Shown: in pieces, positions 52,997-64,000 of the stretch
Position numbering within the stretch: the first letter of the stretch is position 1
Layout: each line of letters begins with the position of its first letter
Assembly: GCA_000165425.1 (NCBI GenBank)
Contig: CT868574.1
Span: 310,001 to 374,000, forward strand
DNA length: 64,000 nt
Reading direction: 5' to 3'
DNA from: Paramecium tetraurelia
Lineage: Eukaryota
Program-made: the position numbers and the translations under genes
The notes under the pieces: generated by a model
Told to the model about the DNA's origin: nothing
What the model saw: the letters and a program-made list of their open reading frames with translations, nothing else
The model's database searches: none

Positions 52997-53423
52997 TCGC
53001 TTAAATCTTCATCTTTATTTTTCTATATTTAAAATAAATCATATATTCAGGTCGTTTTTTTTGATTCAGTTCTTTCTTTATTAATTATCCCACGTCTTTT
53101 ATTTGTGTAATAAATAACACAAATATAACATCATTTGAGAATAATAATCAAAATTGATGTCAGTGAGTGTGACTAATAATTAATAAGAACTTTATATTAG
53201 AATTAGAAGATTAAAAGTATCGATTTACCACAATAAAGTAAAATTTAATTTAATTAATTAGTATAAGTGAATTTTATCCTTTCAATCATAAAAAAAATCT
53301 ATCCTAAGTGATATTACGCTTTATATTAATAAATTTGAATAGGCTTTATTTTTGTTCTTATGAATTTTATAAAATTTAAGAAAATACCCTCTTTTTTTTA
53401 AATATAAATTCATATATTAAATT

Positions 53424-55989
53424 ATGTATAAAGGATATATTGAAAAGAAATTCAAAGAATTTTAGGTTCAACCAATTTATTTGCCTTAAGAATTTCAGAA
53501 GAATGGAGGTGAAGGCAATATTCTAATGGATGTTGATATAGTCAAATAGGTATGTATAATGTTTTTGAATAAAGTTAGAATAATTCATTAAAAAGAATAT
53601 GAATTAAGGTAATGAACACAAAATCCAATAATTTATAAGGATGTTTTCAGTTTAATTGCTTTTACCTTTGCATATAGTTGATGAATTATTAAGCAATACA
53701 ATAGAGGCTAGCGAATAGTAATTTGAAGAAGAGGCGATTGATTTAATTCAAAGACAATCAATTAATAGAGTTAGAGAATAGACTTAAGTAGAAGAGGTGA
53801 GATTTATAACTTAACTCTAATTATTGAGTGAATAAAAACCTGAATAAGAATTATTTGTGGAGGAAATTTAAGAAGCTCAATTGATTGTACCTTTAGCAAA
53901 TTTAAAATAATACCCACTAGGCAGAACTTAATTCACCATAAGAGCAAAGCTATTTAATAAACCAATAATAGAAAAAGAATAGTTATAAGTAATTGGAGAT
54001 TATAGTCTCTAATTTAGGGATGACAGTGGAATGTGCTCAGTATTCTTTACTAAGAATAGAATAAAGGAGAAATTTTAGTTGTATTATGAGAACCTTTAAG
54101 TTTAAACTATTTACGATATAAGTGAGATGGAGATACATCAATATAAGTAGACATATGAGATAAAAGTGACATCAACTACATAGTTTAAATAATATGCTAA
54201 AGTACCTGTCTTAGAACAATTATAAAGTGCATTGAGTTATAATTTAAAGAATGGTGAAGAAATTATTGTTGCAGGTATGGTAGCAGAAATAGGTGAATTA
54301 AGATAATAGAATAAAAAAATAATCATATACACTCTGCCAATTGACAGTAACACAGATTACTATAAGATACCATTAATCTTATGGGATCATCATAAATTAT
54401 TGAGTTTTAAGGTTGGTGATGTGTATGTTTTCGAAGGTGTTTTATTAAAAGTATACACTGATGTGATTGAGTTAAAATCTTTGAGAACTAGATTTAAGGT
54501 TTATACTGAGGAAGACGAGAAATATCAGGATATTATAAAATTGATAATGGATAAAAAACACAATTGGCTATAACCCAACAATCAAGAAATTCAAATTGAA
54601 TAGGTAATTCAATAACCTCTTTTTTTGAGTGATATTCATTCACCTATCAATTATCCTTATTTCAACACAGTAGTAAAAATATTGAAAGATAAACCAGCAA
54701 TATTTTAGATGAAAACTCAAAAATGCATAAAGCAGATAATTGTTACTAGTGATAATAATAATAGTTAAACAATAGAACTAATAGGTGATCGATTATGTCA
54801 AAAGATTTATATATCTGAATAGGCTCTAATATTTATTAGCAATTTACAATTCATAAATGATAAAATTGTTGCCAGTGAACATAATACTCAGATTAGAGTT
54901 TTGCCCGATGATGATATTGATTTTGCTGAATAAATTGCATTATTAAAATAACCCTTCTCTAAGCCCTTATCATTATCCTTAAATGAATTAGAATAGGATG
55001 TTTAAATTAATGTCTAGAAAAAAAACCCCATAAAGATTAAAATTAACCAGAAACTCTCATATTTTGATAATTAAAAATGTGTACTATCTGAAAGTCTTAA
55101 GAAAGGAATTGATAGAGATGAATTGATGGATGACATTATTCCCTTGTTGGAAGGCAAAATGCATAAAAGTAGATTTAATGTATTAGTGTAGATTGATGAA
55201 TTGTTTGAAGTCAGATATTAAAAGGGCAATGTGAAACTCTAAGACCTTAGGATATCAGACGAATCAAATTCAGGAAAAATAACATTATGGAATAATCAAA
55301 TCAGTGATTATAAAATTGGTCAAACAATAAGGATAGACAATATCTTCTATGACCAAAGTAAACAAGAATTTAAAACTTCATTTCACACCAAAGTGTTTAC
55401 TAATGTTCCTAATAAAAATCTCCCAAATAAACAAAGGAGACAAATCTAAAAATAATTAGTTATCGAGGGTATTGAATATTAGAATTTTACTTACAATTAA
55501 GAAGTTAAATTGATTACAGACATTATAAAATTGCAATGCAGTCTATCAGAAGAATTGCCCTATTAATATTGCAGAGCAATGATATCAGAAATATTGATAG
55601 CCAGACTATCGTAGTAGTGTCCTTAATGCAATTTTACTAAATTAGTACAAAATAACGATGTTTATGAATGTTCTGGATAGAATGGAATTAAACATATTGT
55701 TACACTCCCAAAGATATTTTGTTATCTAAAATGTAAATTAACAGACTTCACTGCGTCTATAGAGGTTGTATTTGGAGATGAGATCTGTTAATAGTATATC
55801 CCTTAAAATAGCATTAATGAATTATATAAAAATCAAATGACAGTAGTACCATATTTTGATTGTTTGATGTACAAGGAATTTACATTCAAATTGTGGTTAT
55901 AAAAATAGAAAGATCAAGATATGAAGAAGATTAAAATAATGAAACTATTTTAAACAAATTACTTAAAAATTATAGATTCATATTTATGA
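53424..55989 (+). CDS. Multi-OB-fold ssDNA-binding protein, RPA1 paralog-like
   Basis: DBD-A-like IVPLANLKQY...IRAKLFNK...FRDDSG; DBD-B-like AGMVAEIG...LILWD; further OB-like ISDESNSGKITLWN; C-terminal CPQC...C...LTDFTASIEVVFG. Confidence 0.72.
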
Positions 55990-56013
55990 AATCTATAAAA
56001 TTGTATCAGATTA

Positions 56014-56429
56014 TCAATCATCATCATCATTTCTTTTTTTTTTCAGATTTAATTTAACCATAGCTTTACCAACTGCTCCAATCCAAGCTTCCTTCTCTTA
56101 ATTATTACTTGCTTGCAGGTAAAAGGTTTAATCAGGAGTATCAATTTTCTTGATGTATAGCGTAATCAATATTTACAAATGTATTCTCCTTATTAGTTTC
56201 TTCCTAACAGCTTTTAATGGTGCTAACAGTTGCCAATTAAATAATTTCTGTAGGATTTGAATATTATTTCTCTGCCTTAAATGAATATAGGGTAGTAGTA
56301 GTTAATACAAACCATCGTCTAGAATAAATAGGGATCATACTTCCTCCATGATTTAAACACTCTTGATTCTTTCTCCAGCCAACCTTCTTTCATTATATTT
56401 TTTAGATCTTCCAACATGGAATTCTACAT
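56014..56429 (-). CDS. Stand-alone PH-domain protein
   Basis: KEGWLEKESRVFKSWRKRWFVL...EKEAWIGAV; two introns. Confidence 0.9.
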
Positions 56430-56604
56430 GTTTGATATTATTTTTTATTTTAAATTATCATTTAGAAATTTACAAATAGCATAAAAATGATCACATCTCT
56501 GATGAGAGATTACCAATACTCATAGTCATAGCAATAAATCTTTGTGAATAGAGTGAAAATAGAGAAATTAATGCAAAAATGTAAAATAAAATAATTAATT
56601 TGTG

Positions 56605-57211
56605 ATGTAAAAGACAATGTATATATATACAAACTAATAAAAGCAATCCAATTGTGAAGTGGGCTTAAAGAAAAGACAACATTTTCTTGACTGTTGAAGT
56701 AAGAGACTTAAAAGATGAGAAAGTTGAATTGACATCAACATCCTTGAAATTTAGTGCAAATGCTGAAGGTGTAAATTATGCATTTGAAATCAATTTCTAT
56801 GCTGAAGTTATTGTTGAAGTATTAAATTACATAGAAGTAAGGAAAGCAAATGGACCAATTATGGTGTTAATGTGAGATTCATTTTAAGTAAAAAAGATTA
56901 AGCCGCCTCATATTGGACTAGATTGATCAAAGAAGCTCATAAATTATAATATTTATAAGTAGAAGCATCCTTTGAATTATTTATAGGTTGACTGGACCAA
57001 ATACATTGATGAAGATGATGAAGCTGAAGAAGGAGGCAAAGGATTAGAGGATTGGAATGCCAACAACTTCTAAGGATTTGATGGATAGGGTTAACCAGAT
57101 GAAGATGATGAAGAAGAATAAGAATAAGAGGAATAAGAATAAACATAAGAAGAATAATAATAAGAATAAGCAGAACCATAAAAGGGATAAGAGGAAGTAT
57201 AAAACTAATGA
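56605..57211 (+). CDS. Hsp90 co-chaperone p23 (CS domain) with acidic E/Q tail
   Basis: PIVKWAQRKD, YWTRLIK, VDWTKYIDEDDE. Confidence 0.9.
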
Positions 57212-57251
57212 GTTTATAATAAAGTAAATATTAATAGTCTTAATTAATTTG

Positions 57252-58769
57252 ATGAATTAACTTATTTGATAAGGGTATTAGCAATACCTTTGGTATTAGC
57301 AGATCTTCCTGTTCATTGCTTAAGACATTAGATTGTGGGCAAATGGAAAATGGAGGTTTCTTATGTTTAATTGAGAGGCATGGGTTCAGTGCCCTGTGGC
57401 TATCATGGTCCTGACACATAGAATTCTTGATATAAAGCTGGTTGGGAGGATTTCCAAGCTTTAAATTCATTTGAATTAACATTGGGAAATGATTATACAG
57501 TCACAGACAAAGACAGAAAATAAATTGGATCATGGACTATGGTATATGATGAAGGATTTGAGGTTGAACATTTTGGTGTTAAATATTTCGCATTTTCTAA
57601 ATATGAACCAAAATAGCGTTGATTATAAATCATTATGTTGGAGAAGCTTTGATTGGTTGGTATAATAATTTAAAGACTGGTGAGAAAGGATGTTATAGAG
57701 CCTAGAAGGCTGATGGAAATGTTGATGCAACAGATACTTATAAACTTATTAGTGTTGTTCAACCAGAATTCATTTAAAAAAGTACAATACACGGGGAGAT
57801 AGAGTTAAATTAAAAAAAGACTTTACTAACATAAAGAAGCAGTAGATAAATTGAATAGTATTCCAAAATTATGGAAGGCTAAAGCATATACGATCACTTT
57901 TGAAGGTAAGAGTTTGTTTGTTGGAATTGATAAAATGGCTGGTAGTAGAAGACATTATCAAGGCAAATCTGAAAAGAGAGCTTCGTTTTTTAAATTAAAA
58001 TCTAGTGATGTGTCAGATCTACCAAAAACATATACTTTAGAAAGATGTCTAGATGCTCTCAGATAATATAAGCAATGTGGATCATGTTATGCCATTTCAA
58101 CTATGGAAATGTTATCAGCTAGATTGAAAATGAAAGTAGAGAAAGTCATACTATCACCTCAATATTCAGTGGATTGCAATTACCATAATTAAGGATGCGA
58201 TGGTGGATATCCATTCTTGGTTGAAAAACTCGCATTTGAATAATATTTAGTTACAGAAGAACAATATCCATACAAGGGTGATGCGGGAATTTGGAAAAAG
58301 ATTGATTTCTCTTAATCCTCTAAAGTGTATGGAGCTAAGAATTATAAGTATATAGGAGGTGGATATTGGTTGAGTAATGAAAGAGATATCATGTTGGAAT
58401 TGTTTAAGGATGGTTCTGTTATTAAGAATTTGAACCAGGATAAGACTTTATGAATTATTAAAGTGGTATCTATCATTCAGTTTCTTAGCATGAATGATCT
58501 GGTTGTGTATAATATAGGAGAAAGTCGATCATTCTGTTTTGTGTTATGGTTGGGGAGAAGAGAATGGAGTGAAGTTTTGTTTACTTTAGAATAGTTGGGG
58601 AGAATAAGGCAATTTTAGTTAATTAATAAATTGAGTAATAAATAGAATGAAGAGAGGTGCTTAAGAATCTGCCATTGAGAGAATGGCTTAAGCTGCAGAT
58701 CCAGTGATTTATTCTAAATCTTCAGGAGAGTTTATCGAAATAAGCTAGTCTAATTTAAGAAAGTAATGA
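57252..58769 (+). pseudogene. CTSC: Cathepsin C (dipeptidyl peptidase I) pseudogene
   Basis: DLPVHC, WTMVYDEGFE, QCGSCYA, QGCDGGYP, VDHSVLCYGWG and NSWG recognisable, but the ATG is out of frame, there are in-frame TGAs (~57428, ~57620, ~58495) and several frameshifts. Confidence 0.85.
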
Positions 58770-58792
58770 CCAAATATATTTAATAAATCAAA

Positions 58793-59185
58793 TCATTTGT
58801 TTTTTTATTTTTTAAGGATTGAAAAGAGAATGATTTCATCTCCTTCGTTTTCAGCTTTATATTTTATATCCAATCTTGGATTAATTTTTGATTGATCAAT
58901 CCCATTGGTGCAATTCGATAACGTGTCTTTTATTTACACTACTTCTTCGCTTGGATCAAAAACGCACACTGTTATGAAATTATCAAACTATATTCCATAT
59001 CCAGTTCCTTATTTAATTTGGCGTCCCTTTGCATCAAATCGATCTTCCCTTATTGCTTTGTATTTGATTTTCTTTTTTTCAATTATTATTGTATCAAAAT
59101 CCTCGGGTTCCTCAGGTATGTCTTCTGTGTCATCCACCTGGGCTCTACTTAGTATTAATTTTGGTCCCAAAGCAGAATTTCGCAT
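58793..59185 (-). CDS. Hypothetical protein
   Basis: MRNSALGPKLIL...DRFDAKGRQIKQG... to TGA 58793. Confidence 0.65.
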
Positions 59186-59429
59186 ATTTCTCACTGAAAA
59201 ATTAATAGTTTATAATATTCATTTATCTTATAATCCTCTTTTGTAAGAGAAACTTGAAAAAAATTATAAAAACAGAATTCATTCCCAAAATACAATACCT
59301 TTTATAATCAAATTTACCCATTCCTCTATGCTGATATATTTAATTTCTAATTTAATTTAGATCTAAAAAAATTGAAAAGTCTTGTTACATTTAGCTTCAT
59401 TTTTGTGCATTTTTTTCTCAAAAGTTCTG

Positions 59430-60327
59430 ATTTATAAGTTCATTATATGAATTTTCTGTTGAATAAAATTAATACTTTTATTTTTCACATAATATTTTCA
59501 ATAAGCAATATAATAAACAGGTTAGAGAGATCTTTTGAATTTACTTTCTTAAATTATCATTTACTTCATTCTCATTTTTGTTATTATGATAACATTAAAT
59601 CTCTCCATTATTATTGCGATTTAATGAGATTTTGATATAATTTTTGATTGTAATCATCTAATATATTGATTTATTAATTTCAGATATTTTGTCATGAATA
59701 ATTTCTTTCTAACTCTTATAACAAAATTTTAAAAATTTCTCTAATCACTTACTAAATAAATGCATCTTAGATCTAGATGTTCTAAAGTGCAAAAAAATAT
59801 TAAGTACAAACTAAGCTTTATGATAATCTAATAAGTATTCTCAGATATTCTTCTATAGTGCTTTATTATACAAATAATATTTAAACCAAAAAAAATAAAT
59901 TCAAAGTCATTCTCTTTGAATTCTTTAAACTATTTAAATTTAGGTGATAAAATATTGAAATTCAGATACATCGTAATTTTTTAGTGTTTGAGAAGTTGAT
60001 TACAAGATGCCAATCAGAAATTTCTACTATTTTTCCAAAATTTTGATGTATGTTTAGGCAAAGATTTTAGCTTTTTTGTGGTTTCACTAGTGCTCTGCCA
60101 TTCATTTGGCCATTCTACTTGAGTTCGTATCATTTTCAAAACCGAATAATATTATAATATATATTCTTTTGTCTCTAATATCTTATAAATCTTCACTAAT
60201 ACTCACTACGTTGAGCCTTCATTCTAAATCAATTTTCTCTAATTTAAATCTACTTTTGAGAATGTTTAAAATGAATCCATTGATTCTGCATAATTTTTTC
60301 AATATTCCTAATAAGCAACAGATCCAT
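59430..60327 (-). CDS. Possible hypothetical protein
   Basis: Coding-like minus-strand sequence from an ATG near 60327; exon structure unresolved. Confidence 0.3.
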
Positions 60328-60366
60328 TTATTATTAAATAAATACATAATATAGTGATTCACTTAT

Positions 60367-61896
60367 TCAAATATAACACTGCGGAATTATAGTAGAATTA
60401 AAGGATAACATTGGAGATTCATTAAATATCAATATAGTACCTAGATAAAGAAATATTATTACAAGGTTGAATTAATATTTTTTTTTTAATTAAGATTTTT
60501 TCTACCTCTTCATAAAATGAATCCATCTCCTTCTATATCTATCCCAATATTTGAAGCTGTATTTGACCATTTATTCTAGTTAAATCTACCATAATATGGT
60601 TTAATTGCCTCATGTTCTAAAATAAATAGAGTAAATATGAAATCAATAAAGGTTAGATTGTTAACAATAAGATATTTTAATTGCACTAGAAATCGTATTC
60701 AGATCTCTAAGTTTACTAAAATTATTTTATTATATGATCGAGCAAATTTGTTAAATTCACTAATTTCAAGCAGGTCTTATTCAATTAGCATCTTTAAATT
60801 ATTTATACCATTGCAATGTTTAAGTCAAAAAATAAATCAAAACTCTTCTCTTTCAACCCTTTCCTAAGAATATTTTATTGACTCTTAAAGACCTTCAGTA
60901 TTTGATTTGTATGTTGTTCCTAAATGCTTTACTGCTTCTTTCGTAATTCAATGAATCCTTTATCTTCTGAGTCTATCACAAGTATAAATGTGACTGTGTC
61001 TAAAAGGCACTCAGAGAATGTAATTTGTTATTATTTCTTGTTATAATGAACACTGAGTTTTTCGATCGTATACCTGATTGAAGTATTTTACCTTTATTTA
61101 GCCTTGTCCCATATATATTATTCTAATGTCTTATTGCCTAATCTAGTGTTTCTTAAGAAGTGCAATAAGGGATTCTCTATATTCATCAGAAAGTGCATCT
61201 GAATCATTCTTGAAATCTAAAATTGCTATTTCTCTTCATTGCATGTGAATATGAATGTTGGCTTGGATATAAGTTATGGTAACAAAACCTCTTTAAGTTA
61301 GGTTATTATAAATTAATACCCCATGAACTGTCTCTAATTGAGAACATATATGCCTTTCTTAAATGCACATTTTTGATGTATATACAAAGACAAAGACAAA
61401 AGAATACTGCAATTGAGTATATTTGATCTTGATAGTCCAGATTTGTATCTAATGTATTCGCGATTGTCATTCTAATAACCGTCCAAGTGAAGTTTGTAAG
61501 TATTCCATCAGGAAAATCACTCACTAACATTACTACTGAATGTACAAACATTTAGTTTTAACCAAAAAGATACGTATGTTACACAACATTCTCTCTTTAG
61601 TTAATTTAGTATAACATTAAGAAATGGTTGATAACATAAAAACCAATTCTAGTAAATTTTTTATAGCAAAAGCTAATGATGCTGACTACAAGAAATACGC
61701 AAAATCCGACTATTTTAAGTGTAAATTGGCTCTGATTATTATTTATCAAGCCATCAATATTCTTGATTCCTAGTATAACTATAGAAAAAATTCCTAAAAC
61801 CATAAATACTGGGTACTATATTTTCTCTAACAAGAATGATTGATATAGTGATTCTAAATCCTTATCTTTAAATTTTAATGAGAATTTATTCATCAT
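60367..61896 (-). CDS. Multi-pass membrane protein with MMNKFSLKFKD N-terminus
   Basis: About 5-6 TM helices, one intron near 61290-61319, cytoplasmic tail to TGA 60367. Confidence 0.65.
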
Positions 61897-62169
61897 GATA
61901 TAAAATTTTAAATAATGAAATTTTCTTCATATTAGAGGCAATATTTTAGCAGAATCAGAAAATTATAATGAACAGTTTTAATCATTTGGAAGTTTGAGGA
62001 ATAAAATTTGAAAAAGTAGACTAGAAAATTTGAGTACTTCAAAAAAACAAAAGAAATTAAAAATGTAAGACTTTATTATTATAAAAATAAATATTTAATT
62101 TCAACATAAACCCAAAACCCAATAATCAATTGGTATATGAAAATACACTCATAATTCTATAGCATTATT

Positions 62170-62662
62170 TTAATTATAAATAACATCGACTGGAGCACCT
62201 TCTCGAAGATTCGATTTTCTGTATAATTCATCTAGATTTAGTGGCCCTGATTAAGCTCTTATTCTGCTATGGGAGTTTCTTCAATTTACCTTATGATGGA
62301 ATATTCTTTAGTGAGGGATTGTCGTTTCCCCTTTTCTCATAAACATTCCTGAGATTTTTAATTCGAATAGCAATTTCTAAACCCCCATTCCAAGACTTCA
62401 TTCCAGTAACTACCCCAGATTTAAGTATGCTAGCCAATATATTTATCCTCCTCATATTTCGATTGAGGATTTAATTTAAAACTTTTGTGATAATTTCATC
62501 CTCTTTTTTTTACAATTTCTCTGCTTTCTTTTCCTTAGTATTCGATTTCTTGACTTAAGTAGATAATTTAACAGTAGCAGGAACTTTCTTATTTCTTCGA
62601 TAACAAAATTTGGCAATATGATCCTTAACTCCTCAATTGCAACACTTTTATTGATTAGACAT
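62170..62662 (-). pseudogene. SLU7: Short Slu7-like splicing factor pseudogene
   Basis: Zinc knuckle CCN*GVKDHIAKFC and block YEEDKYIGQHTQIWGSYW...WGF; TGAs at 62633 and 62337 and a 1-nt frameshift near 62470. Confidence 0.7.
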
Positions 62663-62692
62663 ATTTCAATAATTTATTTATAAAATATTATT

Positions 62693-63074
62693 TCACTCTT
62701 TTCCAAGTACATCATCCCTTAGAGCTTCGCATACCTCAACTACTTCAGCTACAATTTCTTATGGAAGTGCCAAGTTTACAAGAGTGTCACTTAAATGTTT
62801 GACTACAAGATTAAAATGAGTATCATCGATTCCTAATCCTCTATGAGCTTCTAGCATATCTCTTCCCATATAATTAGAAGGTCTAAATCATAATTAATTT
62901 ATACCCCCCAAAAAGCATAGTGAGAAAGGCTTACATCTAAGAATTCAGCTTTTTCATGTCTGCTTTTACAAAGAAATTCTTTAGTTTTGGGTCATTCGAT
63001 AATTTTTGTAGTAGCTTATCAACAGTAAAATCAATAGCCATGCTTTATCCTAATCTTTCATAAATAGTTTTTTT
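62693..63074 (-). other. Group I truncated (2/2) hemoglobin domain
   Basis: TIYERLG...NDPKLKNFF...[38 protein letters not shown]...LRDDVLGKE*; proximal His codon at 62843-62845; intron 62883-62904. Confidence 0.92.
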
Positions 63075-64000
63075 CTAGATAATTTTTGATATTAAATACT
63101 TAAATAATGACTCTTGGATTGAAAACTGTTTCAATTGGTGCCTAATTCTATTAATTAGTATTATTAGGGATTGATAATTTAATTTCACTATCACCCATAA
63201 GATTCTTTTTAATTTATTCCTATTATTTATTAAATTATTCATTTCCCATTAGATTTCTTGCAATTTATTCAGTTTAATCAATGTCATTATCTGGGTTCTA
63301 AACCCTTTAAAATTTATTGTCTGTTATTTTAGATTCAACAGCCTATTTATCTTAAACTTTCTCATCTATGTTATTAATAAGTTGATTTACTAATTTAAAT
63401 CGTAATTGGGGGTTGATTTTCATCAGCATCATATTGATTAGCATTAACTTGAATAGTTATCTTACCATTATTATATGTATTAGTCTTTTATCCATTTATA
63501 GCCAAACACCAATCATATTTAATAATCCCAATCATATCCATGTTTCTAGAAGAGTTCTTTAAACATTTTTCTGAGAAAACTATAATCAGGTTTATCTTCA
63601 AATCTTAATGATCTACAATAATTTAAGTAGGTTGAGAATTCAACTAAAAACATGATATTTTATTTTACTAGGCAAAGTCTTACATAAGACTTCAACTGGA
63701 GTGGTCATTTTCTTTTCCATAATTTTATGATATTTTTCTTATTTGTTATTTGCTTTGATTCCTTACCAAGGTAAATAACTTCTTAATAAATACACCATAA
63801 CATATCCGATAGCCTCTAAATCATCTCTCCTGGATTGTTCTATACCAAGATGTGCATTAATGCTGGCATATCTAGCTGTTCCTGTAAGATTTTTATTTTC
63901 TCTATATGGGATATGTTAATGAGTCTTAGCATCTCTATATTTCTTACTCAAACCAAAATCTAGAATGTACTTATTTTATTAATTTGATTATGTACCACTG
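62693..64000 (-). CDS. Casein kinase 1 (C-terminal half in window) apparently fused to a truncated globin, with a 1-nt frame disruption near 63520
   Basis: [48 protein letters not shown]; the linker continues in one frame (introns 63366-63390 and 63075-63099) into the globin. Confidence 0.75.

Noticed and set aside
2080..60867. Many short ORFs in the supplied track (e.g. 2080-2289, 4959-5321, 7939-8286, 36562-36864, 44298-44546)
   Set aside because: They are antisense or off-frame shadows of real table-6 genes.
62108..62121. AAACCCAAAACCCA resembling Paramecium telomeric repeats
   Set aside because: Only about two imperfect units, which is compatible with chance.
62633..62635. In-frame TGA at a zinc-knuckle Cys position, considered as selenocysteine or readthrough
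   Set aside because: The same gene has a second TGA at a non-Cys position and a frameshift, and I saw no SECIS-like hairpin; a pseudogene is simpler.
1..64000. Retained IESs, tRNA/rRNA genes or CRISPR arrays
   Set aside because: None seen. The genes I translated are interrupted only by GT-AG introns or point lesions. The long dynein gene was not checked base by base, so a short IES cannot be excluded.

Overview
Very AT-rich, gene-dense eukaryotic DNA that reads cleanly only in the ciliate code (TAA/TAG = Gln, TGA = stop) and has tiny 20-32 nt GT...AG introns. This is typical of a Paramecium (aurelia-like) somatic-type chromosome. The supplied standard-code ORF track is therefore fragmentary, and I re-read genes by hand, so boundaries are approximate. 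About 35 genes are present, including two vWA/alpha-kinases, an ion-channel-fused adenylyl cyclase, a GH5 glucanase, a RAD6-like E2, an RNF10-like E3, a TBC1D5-like RabGAP, two CK1 kinases, a degenerate hybrid histidine kinase, an FCP/SCP phosphatase, PP2C copies, Hsp10, an HMG-box protein, a 12-kb axonemal dynein heavy chain, an M1 aminopeptidase, a multi-OB RPA1-like protein, a PH protein and p23. Cathepsin C, Slu7-like and PP2C pseudogenes are also present. The top observations are: (1) a casein kinase 1 whose tail continues, apart from one extra base, into a group I truncated globin with an apolar distal pocket, a candidate heme gas-sensing kinase; (2) a decayed APE-RT non-LTR retrotransposon between inverted PP2C duplicates that share a 260-bp identical tract, with a third decayed PP2C copy nearby; (3) four tandem Pro-Leu motifs in the retromer-binding loop position of the TBC1D5-like protein; (4) an RPA1 paralog with extra OB folds.
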